Shown here in pieces: positions 9,801-19,593 of a stretch of DNA of 64,000 nt. How positions within the stretch are numbered: the first letter of the stretch is position 1; the number at the start of each line of letters is the position of its first letter. The notes under the pieces are model-generated. The model was not told the DNA's origin and did no database searches. It was given only the letters and a program-made list of their open reading frames with translations. The DNA is from an uncultured SAR86 cluster bacterium (lineage in GTDB: Bacteria; Pseudomonadota; Gammaproteobacteria; Magnimaribacterales; D2472): assembly GCA_902596165.1 (NCBI GenBank), contig CACJSU010000005.1:34607-98606 (forward strand). The letters are read 5' to 3'. The position numbers and the translations under genes are program-made.

Positions 9801-10235
9801 ATGGAATTATTAATCTCTGCTTTCGTTATTTTTTTTCTTATTGGTGCAATTAGTTTTTTGAAGCCTTCGAAGAAAATGAAGGCCCTCAGCATGATTAGAA
9901 TGGCAGCTGCAAAAGAGGGCTTTAGAATCGGTTCTACAAATGATTTAAGAAAAAAATTCAAAAACTGGAATCCCCAAGTTGCTATCTATCAAGTAAAAAA
10001 TTCCTCAGAGTTCAAAAATTTACACTACCTGAGAGTAGGAAATAAGCTTGAGCTTTATGAGCCAATTTCATTTAAATATGAAGAAAACTTTGAAATGATT
10101 GAGGAAAAAATTTCCAAATTACCCTCTTCTGTACTTGAAATTATTTTTTATCAGTCCAATATAGCAATCGTTTGGAATGAAATGATTGGTATTGAAGAGC
10201 TTCAAAAAATCAAAGAAGCCCTATTAGAAATATGA
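9801..10235 (+). CDS. Hypothetical membrane-anchored protein
   Basis: 144 aa with one N-terminal TM helix (LLISAFVIFFLIGAISFL) and a soluble tail. No family recognised. Fits tightly between pyrD and topA. Confidence 0.55.
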   Translation: MELLISAFVIFFLIGAISFLKPSKKMKALSMIRMAAAKEGFRIGSTNDLRKKFKNWNPQVAIYQVKNSSEFKNLHYLRVGNKLELYEPISFKYEENFEMIEEKISKLPSSVLEIIFYQSNIAIVWNEMIGIEELQKIKEALLEI

Positions 10236-10263
10236 ATTTTTATAAATTTTAATTGAATAATTT

Positions 10264-12891
10264 ATGTCAAAAACCCTTGTTATAGTTGAGTCACCTGCCA
10301 AAGCTAAAACTATTTCTAAATATTTGGGGCCTGACTATATTGTAAAATCTAGCGTAGGTCATATAAGAGATCTCCCAAAGGGAAAATCTAAAAAACCAGC
10401 ACAAAGAAATACAATTCCTAAAGATCTTCCTGATGATGAGAAGAGAAGACTAAAAAAAATTAATGAAAGAAAACGACTTGTTAGAAGGATGGGAATTGAT
10501 CCTGATAATGGCTGGGCAGCAAATTATGAAATCATCCCTGAAAAAGAAAAAGTTATCAAAGAATTAAAAACAGCAGCAAAGTCTGTAGATTCAATTTTTC
10601 TTGCAACAGATCTTGATAGAGAGGGTGAGGCAATCGCCTGGCATCTTCAAGAGGCATTAGGAGCAGATAAGTTTAACTATTCCAGAGTTAGATTTAATCA
10701 AATCACCAAAGATGCAATCTTAGAATCTTTTGAAGATCCAAAAGAGATAGATGCAAATCTTGTTGAAGCTCAACAAGCAAGAAGGTTTTTAGATAGAGTC
10801 GTTGGTTTTGAATTATCTCCACTTTTATGGGCAAAAATTGCCCGTAATTTATCAGCTGGAAGAGTCCAATCTGTAGCATTAAGACTTTTGGTAGAACGAG
10901 AGCATAGCATTCAAAAGTTTAAGCCTGATGAGTTTTGGGAGATTTCTTTTAACGCACAAAATGAAAAAAATCATGGTATTGCATTTAATCTGAATAGAAA
11001 AAAATCAGATCCGCTGTTGCAAGCTGAGGAGTCAAAAAAAATTGCAGAATTGATTAGATCATCAGATTTGTTTATAAGCGAGGTAACTCAAAAACCGGTT
11101 AAGGTTAAACCAAAACCTCCTTTTATAACTTCAACACTTCAGCAAGCAGCAAGTACAAAGCTAGGCTTTAATGTAAAGAGAACTATGAGAACCGCACAAA
11201 AACTATATGAAAATGGTCTTATTACTTACATGAGAACAGATGCTCCCGCTTTGTCGCCTGAATCAATTGCTGATGCAAGAATGTATGTCGAAACTAATCT
11301 TGGAGACAAGTATCTTACTAATGCTCCAAGAATATATTCTTCAAGTGAAAATGCGCAAGAAGCTCATGAGGCAATAAGGCCCACAAATGCATCAACCAAA
11401 TCAGAGGGTTTAATCTCCTCGTCAGACGAGGAAAAAAAATTATACGAGTTAATTTGGCAACAATTTATAGGATCACAATTACCTGATGCTGAATATTTAG
11501 CTACTAATGCAAAAATACAATTAGAAGAATATATTTTTTCTGCAACTGGAAGAGAAGTTGTTTTTGATGGCTTCACAAGAATTGTAAAGTCAAAGGCTGA
11601 TGATCAAGAGGCCAGTATTTTACCGCCACTTGAAGTTAATCAACAATTAACTTTGAGGGATTTAGAGAATAAACAAAAGTACACTAAGCCTCCAGCAAGG
11701 TTTTCTGAGGCAGCATTAGTAAAAGAATTAGAAAAAAGAGGAATTGGAAGACCTTCTACCTATGCAAATATTATTTCTACGATTCAGGATAGAGGATATG
11801 TCGAGATTCAAAATAGACGATTCTTTGTTAAAAAAATTGGAATGATTGTTACTGATAGGCTCGTAAGTAGCTTTGATGACATCATGGATTACAGTTTTAC
11901 TGCTAATTTTGAAAATGAGTTAGATAGAATTGCAAATGGTGAGTTGAATTGGAAAGAAGTTTTAAACTCTTATTATTCTGCCTTTCAGGATGACCTTTTC
12001 TCAGCAATGGATGAAGAAAATGGAATGATTCCCAACCTTCCCACGATGACAAATATCAATTGTCCTGAATGTAAAAAAAATAAGTTAACTATCAGAAATG
12101 CCAGTAATGGAGTCTTTCTAGGATGTGCTGGATATAGTTTACCAGGTGATGAGCAATGCAAAAAAACTTTGAATCTTATCTCAGGCGATGAGGCTGTTAG
12201 TGTTGATGATCAAGAGGAAGCAGAGCATTTAGTTGCAAAACGTCGTTGTCCAAAATGTGATCTGAGTATGGACAATTACCTTTTAGATGAAAATCACAAA
12301 CTGCATGTCTGTTCGAACAATCCTGATTGTGACGGATTTTCAGTAGAAGAAGGCACATTTAAACTCAAAGGATATGATGGCCCTACGTTATCTTGTCATA
12401 AGTGCGGATCTGAAATGCAACTAAAAACTGGTAGGTTTGGAAAATATTTTGGCTGCATGAATGATAATTGTGGTGCAACCAGAGCACTTCAAAGAAATGG
12501 AGAGCCAAAACCCATTGTCATGGAACCAATTACTACCGACATTCCTTGCATTAAATATGAAGATAATTATTTATTAAGAGATAGCATGAAAGGACTTTTT
12601 TTAGCGGCCAGTAAATATCCAAAAAACAGAGAAACTCGCGCGCCATCTGTTGAGGAATTTAATCAAGCAGTAACTGAGGAGACCTTACTTGATGCATGTA
12701 AGTATCTAGAAGATCAAGGTAAGCATACACATCTTTTAGATGCACCTAAAAAAGATATTGATGGAAACCCATATATCATTAGATATAATAAGGTTGAGGA
12801 TACTCATTATCTTGCTTCTGAGAAAGATGGCAAAAAAACTGGGAATACTGCCTCTCATAATGGCGACAAGTGGGTTGAAGTTTCTAAATAA
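10264..12891 (+). CDS. topA: DNA topoisomerase I
   Basis: 875 aa. Toprim N-terminus LVIVESPAKAKTISKYLG, active-site GLITYMRTD, and several C-terminal C4 zinc ribbons (CPECKKN.., CPKCDLS.., CHKCGSE..). Confidence 0.97.
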   Translation: MSKTLVIVESPAKAKTISKYLGPDYIVKSSVGHIRDLPKGKSKKPAQRNTIPKDLPDDEKRRLKKINERKRLVRRMGIDPDNGWAANYEIIPEKEKVIKELKTAAKSVDSIFLATDLDREGEAIAWHLQEALGADKFNYSRVRFNQITKDAILESFEDPKEIDANLVEAQQARRFLDRVVGFELSPLLWAKIARNLSAGRVQSVALRLLVEREHSIQKFKPDEFWEISFNAQNEKNHGIAFNLNRKKSDPLLQAEESKKIAELIRSSDLFISEVTQKPVKVKPKPPFITSTLQQAASTKLGFNVKRTMRTAQKLYENGLITYMRTDAPALSPESIADARMYVETNLGDKYLTNAPRIYSSSENAQEAHEAIRPTNASTKSEGLISSSDEEKKLYELIWQQFIGSQLPDAEYLATNAKIQLEEYIFSATGREVVFDGFTRIVKSKADDQEASILPPLEVNQQLTLRDLENKQKYTKPPARFSEAALVKELEKRGIGRPSTYANIISTIQDRGYVEIQNRRFFVKKIGMIVTDRLVSSFDDIMDYSFTANFENELDRIANGELNWKEVLNSYYSAFQDDLFSAMDEENGMIPNLPTMTNINCPECKKNKLTIRNASNGVFLGCAGYSLPGDEQCKKTLNLISGDEAVSVDDQEEAEHLVAKRRCPKCDLSMDNYLLDENHKLHVCSNNPDCDGFSVEEGTFKLKGYDGPTLSCHKCGSEMQLKTGRFGKYFGCMNDNCGATRALQRNGEPKPIVMEPITTDIPCIKYEDNYLLRDSMKGLFLAASKYPKNRETRAPSVEEFNQAVTEETLLDACKYLEDQGKHTHLLDAPKKDIDGNPYIIRYNKVEDTHYLASEKDGKKTGNTASHNGDKWVEVSK

Positions 12892-12984
12892 ATATTCCTT
12901 GAATAAAATAAATTAGTTCATATATCAATAATGAAACCTTTCAATATTTGCGAGAAGGGTGTTACAGTTTAATAATAAATATTT

Positions 12985-13242
12985 ATGTCTAATTACCTAG
13001 AGCTTACCCAACTTCCTGACGGCACAATTGTTTTAAGGAGATCCGATGATCATGAAAATCCAATAGTAAAGATTGAGTTCTCAGGCGAATCAAAGGAATT
13101 TTTAAATGGTGCAGAACTTTCAGTTGCCAAAGAAATGATTCGAGCTGGAATTGAGAGTGTTAGCGGTAATTCAATCGATTTCGATGATTTTTTTGATAGT
13201 GAAAAAAATAGCTTAAGAAAAAAACCAGTAGTTCTTCATTAG
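12985..13242 (+). CDS. Hypothetical small acidic protein
   Basis: 85 aa, no family recognised. Preceded by TTGCGA-17nt-AATAAT. Its stop overlaps the lexA stop (TTAG at 13239-13242). Confidence 0.45.
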   Translation: MSNYLELTQLPDGTIVLRRSDDHENPIVKIEFSGESKEFLNGAELSVAKEMIRAGIESVSGNSIDFDDFFDSEKNSLRKKPVVLH

Positions 13243-13856
13243 TGAGTTCTAATTAAACCAACACTCTTGCCTTCAACAAATGCTTCTTGTTCTCTTAGGT
13301 CAACTTCAATTGTTGAGAAATCTTTATTAGCTGGAATTAATTCAAGACTATGATTAGTTTTTTTGAAATATTTTAAAGTTACCTCATCCTCAAGCCTAAC
13401 AACAACTAAATCACCATTTTTTACATCTGTTGTTTTTTTAATTGCAACCAAATCATCCTCATGAATTCCTGCCTCAATCATACTGAGACCTTTCACTTTC
13501 AAAAAATAATCAAAACTGTCAGAAAACATATTTGGATCGCAAGAGATTCTTTTTTCAATATTTTCTTCAGCAAGGGTAGGAGATCCAGCAGCAACAAGTC
13601 CAATGACTGGCATTTGTTCTCCAATTTGCTCGAAAGATTGCTGACTTTTGACAATAGATATTCCTCTTGAAGAGCCGCTTTGAATTGAAATATAGCCTTT
13701 CTTTTCAAGAGCTCTAAGATGCATTTCTGCAGCATTGGGAGACTTAAAGCCTAACTCTTTGCATATTTCAGCTCTAGTCGGTGGAAAACCAGTTTTATTG
13801 AGATAAACTTCTACACAAGCTAAAACTTTTGATTGTTGTTTTGTTAATTCTTTCAT
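13239..13856 (-). CDS. lexA: LexA repressor
   Basis: 205 aa. MKELTKQQ..GFPPTRAEICKELGF matches the E. coli LexA N-terminus. Cleavage site VAAG and S24 Ser/Lys (KGLSM, LKYFKK) are present. An SOS box lies upstream. Confidence 0.95.
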   Translation of the reverse strand: MKELTKQQSKVLACVEVYLNKTGFPPTRAEICKELGFKSPNAAEMHLRALEKKGYISIQSGSSRGISIVKSQQSFEQIGEQMPVIGLVAAGSPTLAEENIEKRISCDPNMFSDSFDYFLKVKGLSMIEAGIHEDDLVAIKKTTDVKNGDLVVVRLEDEVTLKYFKKTNHSLELIPANKDFSTIEVDLREQEAFVEGKSVGLIRTH

Positions 13857-13864
13857 ATTATTTA

Positions 13865-13884
13865 TACTGTATATTTTTACAGTA
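13865..13884. promoter_or_regulatory. LexA-binding SOS box (TACTGTATATTTTTACAGTA)
   Basis: CTGT-N8-ACAG palindrome with consensus flanks (E. coli consensus TACTGTATATATATACAGTA). It lies 8 nt upstream of the lexA ATG and 38 nt upstream of the divergent 13923 ATG. Confidence 0.9.
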
Positions 13885-13909
13885 TATAAATTTTGTTAGA
13901 TAACTGCAA
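13881..13909 (-). promoter_or_regulatory. Candidate sigma70 promoter of lexA (TTGCAG-17-TATACT)
   Basis: The minus strand reads TTGCAG ttatctaacaaaattta TATACT. The -10 overlaps the SOS box, as expected for autoregulation. Confidence 0.45.
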
Positions 13910-13922
13910 CTCTCTTTAAAAT

Positions 13923-14816
13923 ATGAACTCAAAATTAGTAATCGGTATTTCATCAAGAGCACTCTTTGATTTAAGTCAAAGCCATCAAATCTTTGAGAGT
14001 GATGGAGTTGAGGCTTATCGCACTCACCAAATTGAAAATGAAAACGAAATACTATACCCAGGAGAGGCATTTAACCTTGTAACTAAGATATTAAAAATTA
14101 ATGAGCGTTATGAGTCTGCTAATAGAATAGAAGTTATTCTATTGTCTAGAAATACTGCAGACACTGGTCTTAGGGTTTTTAATTCAATTGAAGCTCACAA
14201 ACTTGATATCAGTAGAGCTGTATTCTGCGGTGGGGAAAGCCCCTATAAGTATGTTAAAGCTTTTGGAGTGGATTTATTTTTATCTAGTAGTAAAGACGAC
14301 GTCAAAATGGCTATTGAAAATAATGTCCCATCTGCAAGAATTATTCCTTCAAAAACCAAGAAAAAAATTAAAGATGGCGATTTGCTTAAGATTGCTTTTG
14401 ATGGTGATTCAGTAATTTTTTCTGATGAATCTGAGAAAGTTTTTCAGGAAGAGGGGCTTAAAGCTTTTTTAGATAATGAGCGAAAGAAAAAATCTATGTT
14501 AAAGGCTGGGCCTTTTAAATCATTTTTAGTTGAGCTGAATAAACTTCAATCTGAATTAGACGAAAGTGAAAATCCTATTAGAACAGCCCTTGTCACTGCC
14601 AGATCAGCTCCATCTCACAAGCGAGTTATTAAAACGCTTAGAAAATGGGGAGTTAGGATTGATGAGTCTCTTTTTTTAGGAGGCATGAATAAATCAGAAT
14701 TTTTAAAATCATTTGAAGCCGATATTTTTTTTGATGATCAGCAACAAAATATTGAGGATGCATCTGCAAAAGTAACTTCAGCTCATGTACCATTCGGAAT
14801 TAAAAATAGGAATTAA
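13923..14816 (+). CDS. 5'-nucleotidase family protein (PF06189-like, from memory)
   Basis: 297 aa. VIGISSRALFDL..EAYR.., FDGDSVIFSDESEKV.., IRTALVTARSAPSHKRVIKTLRKWGVRIDE..FLGG and IFFDDQ match my recollection of this family. Not verified by search. Confidence 0.7.
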   Translation: MNSKLVIGISSRALFDLSQSHQIFESDGVEAYRTHQIENENEILYPGEAFNLVTKILKINERYESANRIEVILLSRNTADTGLRVFNSIEAHKLDISRAVFCGGESPYKYVKAFGVDLFLSSSKDDVKMAIENNVPSARIIPSKTKKKIKDGDLLKIAFDGDSVIFSDESEKVFQEEGLKAFLDNERKKKSMLKAGPFKSFLVELNKLQSELDESENPIRTALVTARSAPSHKRVIKTLRKWGVRIDESLFLGGMNKSEFLKSFEADIFFDDQQQNIEDASAKVTSAHVPFGIKNRN

Positions 14817-14818
14817 TC

Positions 14819-15418
14819 ATGGATATAGTTTGTTTTGATATGGAGGGAACTCTTACTCCAGAAATATGGGAACAAGTTGCTGCTGATTCTGGAATCTTTG
14901 AGTTAAATAAAACCACCAGAGATATTCCCTCATATACTGATCTAATGGATTACAGAATTGAAATAATGAAAGAGCATAACCTAAAGTTAGCGGACATAAT
15001 TAAGGCAACTGAGAAATTAGACTTGCTTGATGGGGCTCTAGATTTTTTAAATCAGGTAAGGCAAGAGTTTCAAGTTGTAATTCTATCCGATACTTTTCAT
15101 GAAATTGCATATCCGTTAATGGAAAAGCTTGGTTATCCTCTTTTGCTTTGTCACACTCTTGATGTTGATACTGAGGATAATATTCTTGGCTATAAATTAA
15201 GAGATCTCCAGGCAAAAAAACAAGCAATCTTAGGCTTTCAATCTATGGGCTATAGATGTTTAGCTGCAGGAGATTCCTTCAATGATTTGCAAATGTTCGA
15301 GGTCGCTGATCAAGGCTTCTTTATCAATGCGCCTGAAGCTATTTCCAGTTCAATGCCTGAAATCCCATCTTTTAATGCATATTCAAATCTCTTAAGTGCT
15401 TTAAGGAGCTTTGATTAA
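14819..15418 (+). CDS. thrH: Phosphoserine phosphatase / homoserine phosphotransferase ThrH
   Basis: 199 aa. [45 protein letters not shown] is collinear with P. aeruginosa ThrH ([45 protein letters not shown]). Confidence 0.8.
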   Translation: MDIVCFDMEGTLTPEIWEQVAADSGIFELNKTTRDIPSYTDLMDYRIEIMKEHNLKLADIIKATEKLDLLDGALDFLNQVRQEFQVVILSDTFHEIAYPLMEKLGYPLLLCHTLDVDTEDNILGYKLRDLQAKKQAILGFQSMGYRCLAAGDSFNDLQMFEVADQGFFINAPEAISSSMPEIPSFNAYSNLLSALRSFD

Positions 15419-15423
15419 CACTC

Positions 15424-16086
15424 ATGGATAATCCATTTTCACTTAATAACTTTTCAAGACCAAAGCTAGAGATGCCTGGTAATGAGAAAAAACTTTTGCT
15501 TCATAGTTGCTGCGCTCCATGTGCCGGAGAGATTATGGAGGCTGTGGCAGCATCAGATATCCAAACAACAGTTTATTTTTATAATCCAAACATTCACCCG
15601 AAAGAAGAGTATGAGATTCGAAAGGATGAAAATAAGAGATTTTGTGACAAGCTAGGATTCGATTTTGTTGATGCGGATTATGATAAGGAAAATTGGTTTG
15701 AGAGAATAAAAGGTTTAGAAAATGAACCTGAAAGAGGCAAAAGGTGCACTCAATGTTTTGATATGAGATTTGAGAGATCTGCTCTATACGCTCATGAAAA
15801 TGATTTCAAGGTTTACGCGACTACGCTTGGGATTTCTCGTTGGAAAAATATGGAACAAATCAATGATTCAGGTTTAAGGGCTGCACAACGCTATGAAGAT
15901 GTTCATTATTGGGATTTTAATTGGCGAAAAAAAGGTGGTGCATCTCGAATGATTGAGATTTCAAAAAGAGAGGAGTTTTATCAACAAGAATACTGTGGCT
16001 GCGTTTACAGTTTAAGGGATACAAATAAGTGGCGCCAGGAAAATAATAAAGATCGAATTATCAGAGGCATTAAATTTTATAATTAA
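15424..16086 (+). CDS. queH: Epoxyqueuosine reductase QueH (DUF208)
   Basis: 220 aa. Cys-rich motifs [21 protein letters not shown] and YCGCVYS are typical of QueH. Confidence 0.85.
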   Translation: MDNPFSLNNFSRPKLEMPGNEKKLLLHSCCAPCAGEIMEAVAASDIQTTVYFYNPNIHPKEEYEIRKDENKRFCDKLGFDFVDADYDKENWFERIKGLENEPERGKRCTQCFDMRFERSALYAHENDFKVYATTLGISRWKNMEQINDSGLRAAQRYEDVHYWDFNWRKKGGASRMIEISKREEFYQQEYCGCVYSLRDTNKWRQENNKDRIIRGIKFYN

Positions 16087-16125
16087 TTTGGGAAACATAC
16101 CCTTGGCAAAGTACAATACGAACCA

Positions 16126-17007
16126 ATGAATACTCCGGGGAAAAAATTCAGAGAAGCAATAGCTGAAAACAATCCTTTGATGGTTGTTGGTGCCGTCAAT
16201 GCATATTGTGCGAAAATGGCAGAAAGTGCTGGCCATAAAGCTCTGTATCTTTCTGGATCAGGGGTTGCAACTGCATCTTTCGGACTGCCAGATTTAGCCA
16301 TCACAACTTCAAATGATGTTGCTGAAGATTCAAGAAGAATCACTCAAGCAACAAATCTACCTCTTTTGATTGATATTGACACTGGTTTTGGTGGTGCATT
16401 TAGCATTGGAAGAACTATCAAAGAGATGATTGCTGCAGATGTTGCAGCTGTTCATATTGAAGATCAAGTAACTCAAAAAAGATGTGGCCATAGGCCAAAT
16501 AAAAATCTTGTCGACAAAATTGAAATGAGTGATCGAATTAAAGCCGCAGTTGATGCTAGAACAGATGAAAGTTTTTTCATTATGGCGAGAACTGATTCCT
16601 ATGCAACTGAAGGAATAGAAGGTGCAATTGATAGATGCAAAGAATACATTGCAGCTGGAGCAGATGGATTGTTTTTAGAAGCTGTATCTAGTTTAGAGGA
16701 TTACAAGCAATTCAAGGATGCATTACAAGTACCTCTTCTTGCAAATATTACTGAATTTGGAAAAACACCTCTTTTTACTGCAAAGGAGCTTGCATCAGTT
16801 GGAGTTGATATAATGCTATTTCCTTTATCTGCTTTTAGAGCAATGAATAAAGCTGCAGAGGGTGTGTATCAAGACATTTTTGCAAACGGATCTCAAGCGA
16901 ATTCAATTGATAAAATGCAGACAAGAGATGAACTGTATGAGTATTTAAATTATCATTCATTTGAACAGAAGTTAGATGAATTATTTAAAAGGAAGGAGAA
17001 TAAGTAA
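16126..17007 (+). CDS. prpB: 2-methylisocitrate lyase
   Basis: 293 aa. Isocitrate-lyase/PEP-mutase motifs GSGVA, DIDTGFG and KRCGH. First gene of the prpBCD order. Confidence 0.92.
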   Translation: MNTPGKKFREAIAENNPLMVVGAVNAYCAKMAESAGHKALYLSGSGVATASFGLPDLAITTSNDVAEDSRRITQATNLPLLIDIDTGFGGAFSIGRTIKEMIAADVAAVHIEDQVTQKRCGHRPNKNLVDKIEMSDRIKAAVDARTDESFFIMARTDSYATEGIEGAIDRCKEYIAAGADGLFLEAVSSLEDYKQFKDALQVPLLANITEFGKTPLFTAKELASVGVDIMLFPLSAFRAMNKAAEGVYQDIFANGSQANSIDKMQTRDELYEYLNYHSFEQKLDELFKRKENK

Positions 17008-18129
17008 ATGGTTAAGAAGTTAGAGGGTGCTGGGCTTCGAGGTCAAGTTGCAGGTGAGACATCACTTTGTACGGTTGGGCAAGAAGAAGGGTTGGCTTAC
17101 AGAGGCCATAAAATTGAGACGTTAGCTGAAAAAGGAACATTTGAGGAGGTTGCTTACCTTCTTCTTTATGGCAAATTGCCAAATGCGTCAGAATTATCAG
17201 ATTATAAATCTCTATTAAAAAGTTTAAGAGATCTCCCAGATTCTTTGAAGAAAGTTCTTAGAGAAATTCCTGCATCAGCTCACCCAATGGCGGTAATGGC
17301 AACCGGATGTTCGATGCTGGGAAATCTTGAGCCCGAGGAGTCTATGGATGCTCAAATGGATTCTATCAATCGAATGGTTGCAACCATGCCATCGATAGTG
17401 ACTTACTGGTATAAGTTTTCTCATGATGGTGAAGATATTAGTTTGGTAAATGACGAAGATACAATGGCCGGTCATTTTCTACACATACTTCATGGTAAGT
17501 CTCCTTCAGATCTTCATAGGCGAGTCATGGATGCTTCTTTGGTTCTATATGCTGAGCATGAATTTAATGCATCTACTTTTACTGCTAGAGTCTGTGCGTC
17601 CACAATGTCAGATATATTTTCTTGTGTTGTAGCCGCTATAGGTTCCTTAAAGGGCCCTCTGCATGGTGGAGCTAATGAAGCTGCAATGGAAATGATTGAA
17701 AACTGGAAGACAAGAGATGAAGCAAAAGCAAATATTTTGGATATGCTTGCGAACAAGGAAAAAATCATGGGTTTTGGTCATGCCATTTACTCTGAAAGAG
17801 ATCCAAGAAACGCTGTAATAAAAGAATTTTCTAAAGAGTTATCTCAAGAATACGGAGATGATTCCTTGTATCAGGTCTCAGAAGAAGTTGAGCAGGTAAT
17901 GTGGGATGAAAAGAAATTATTTCCCAATGCAGATTTTTTTCATGCTTCTGCCTATTTCTATTTAGGAATTCCTACAAAACTCTTTACTCCAATCTTTGTC
18001 ATGTCACGAGTAACAGGATGGACCGCTCACTGCATGGAGCAAAGAGCCAATAATAGAATTATTAGACCAAGTGCAGAATATACAGGCCCCGAGACTTCTG
18101 TTTGGGTTGATATAGAAGATAGGGAGTAA
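17008..18129 (+). CDS. prpC: 2-methylcitrate synthase
   Basis: 373 aa with citrate-synthase fold motifs GPLHGGANE and GFGHAIYSERDPR. A strong AGGAG SD lies upstream. Confidence 0.92.
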   Translation: MVKKLEGAGLRGQVAGETSLCTVGQEEGLAYRGHKIETLAEKGTFEEVAYLLLYGKLPNASELSDYKSLLKSLRDLPDSLKKVLREIPASAHPMAVMATGCSMLGNLEPEESMDAQMDSINRMVATMPSIVTYWYKFSHDGEDISLVNDEDTMAGHFLHILHGKSPSDLHRRVMDASLVLYAEHEFNASTFTARVCASTMSDIFSCVVAAIGSLKGPLHGGANEAAMEMIENWKTRDEAKANILDMLANKEKIMGFGHAIYSERDPRNAVIKEFSKELSQEYGDDSLYQVSEEVEQVMWDEKKLFPNADFFHASAYFYLGIPTKLFTPIFVMSRVTGWTAHCMEQRANNRIIRPSAEYTGPETSVWVDIEDRE

Positions 18130-18132
18130 ATC

Positions 18133-19593
18133 ATGTCAAATAATGTTGAGCTGAATATAAGGTCAGGTCCTGACTCTTTGCTTGTAGAAATTGCAGAATA
18201 TGTATCAAAGCAAGATATTAATTCTGAGCTTGCTCTTTCAACCGCTCGAAACTGCTTGATTGATACCATTGGATGCGGTTTATTGGCATTAACCTTTCCA
18301 GCGTGCACAAAAATGCTTGGTCCTATTGTTCCAGGCACCAATGTACCTAATGGTGTCAGAGTTCCAGGAACTAATTTTTTACTTGATCCTGTGAAAGGAG
18401 CATTTGATATAGGATGTATTATTCGATGGCTTGATTATAACGATACTTGGTTGGCTGCCGAATGGGGACATCCTTCAGATAATTTGGGAGCCATTCTTTC
18501 AATAGCTGATTACGTTTCTCAAGAAAATGTTGCTGCTGGAAAAGATCCTTTAAGAATGCGAGATGTATTGGAGTGCATGATTATGGCTCACGAAATACAA
18601 GGAGTATTAGCTCTTACAAATAGTTTTAATCGGGTTGGCCTCGATCATGTTGTGCTTGTAAAAGTTGCATCAACAGCTGTTGTTACAAAGTTGCTTGGAG
18701 GGAACACTGATCAAATTATGGATGCTATTAGTCAAGCGTGGGTAGATGGACAAAGCCTAAGAACCTATCGTCACGCTCCTAATGCTGGTTCTAGGAAAAG
18801 CTGGGCTGCCGGGGATGCCACCAGCAGAGCGGTTAGACTGGCACTCATTACCCTTTCTGGAGAAATGGGATATCCAAGTGTTTTATCCGCTCCAACATGG
18901 GGCTTTGAAGATGTTTCATTTAAGGGTGAAAAACTTTCATTAAGCCAACCTTTTGGTTCATACGTTATGGAGAATGTTCTCTTTAAGATTAGTTTCCCTG
19001 CTGAATTTCATGCGCAAACAGCTGTTGAAGCTGCAGTTACACTTCATCCTCAAATTAAAGATAGGTTAGATGAAATTTCAAATATTGAAGTCACTACGCA
19101 TGAATCTGCGATAAGAATAATTTCTAAATCTGGTAAGTTAAATAATCCAGCCGATAGAGATCATTGTTTGCAATACATGATTGCAGTAGGATTAATTCAT
19201 GGCGATCTTATAGCAGAACATTATGAAGATGATGTTGCCAGTGACCCAAGGGTGGATGCGCTCAGAGAAAAGATGACAATCAAAGAAGACAAAAGATATA
19301 CAGAAGAATATCTGGAGGCTGATAAAAGATCTATAGCAAACAAAATTCAAATATTCTTCAGTGACGGTTCTTCAACAGATGCTATCGAGGTCGAATATCC
19401 TATAGGTCATAAACGCAGAAGAGAGGAAGGAATTCCAGTTCTAGAAAATAAATTTAAGAATAATCTTGGGAAGATTTTTGAAGATGAAAAAGTGAATTCC
19501 ATTTTATCAAAATGCCTTGATCAAGATCAGCTTGAAGCTATGAGCGTCTTAGATTTTCAAGAATTGTTTGCTGTAAAAGAAAACTCTTTTTAA
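18133..19593 (+). CDS. prpD: 2-methylcitrate dehydratase
   Basis: 486 aa, with MmgE/PrpD family length and context after prpC. A GGGAG SD lies upstream. Confidence 0.9.
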   Translation: MSNNVELNIRSGPDSLLVEIAEYVSKQDINSELALSTARNCLIDTIGCGLLALTFPACTKMLGPIVPGTNVPNGVRVPGTNFLLDPVKGAFDIGCIIRWLDYNDTWLAAEWGHPSDNLGAILSIADYVSQENVAAGKDPLRMRDVLECMIMAHEIQGVLALTNSFNRVGLDHVVLVKVASTAVVTKLLGGNTDQIMDAISQAWVDGQSLRTYRHAPNAGSRKSWAAGDATSRAVRLALITLSGEMGYPSVLSAPTWGFEDVSFKGEKLSLSQPFGSYVMENVLFKISFPAEFHAQTAVEAAVTLHPQIKDRLDEISNIEVTTHESAIRIISKSGKLNNPADRDHCLQYMIAVGLIHGDLIAEHYEDDVASDPRVDALREKMTIKEDKRYTEEYLEADKRSIANKIQIFFSDGSSTDAIEVEYPIGHKRRREEGIPVLENKFKNNLGKIFEDEKVNSILSKCLDQDQLEAMSVLDFQELFAVKENSF

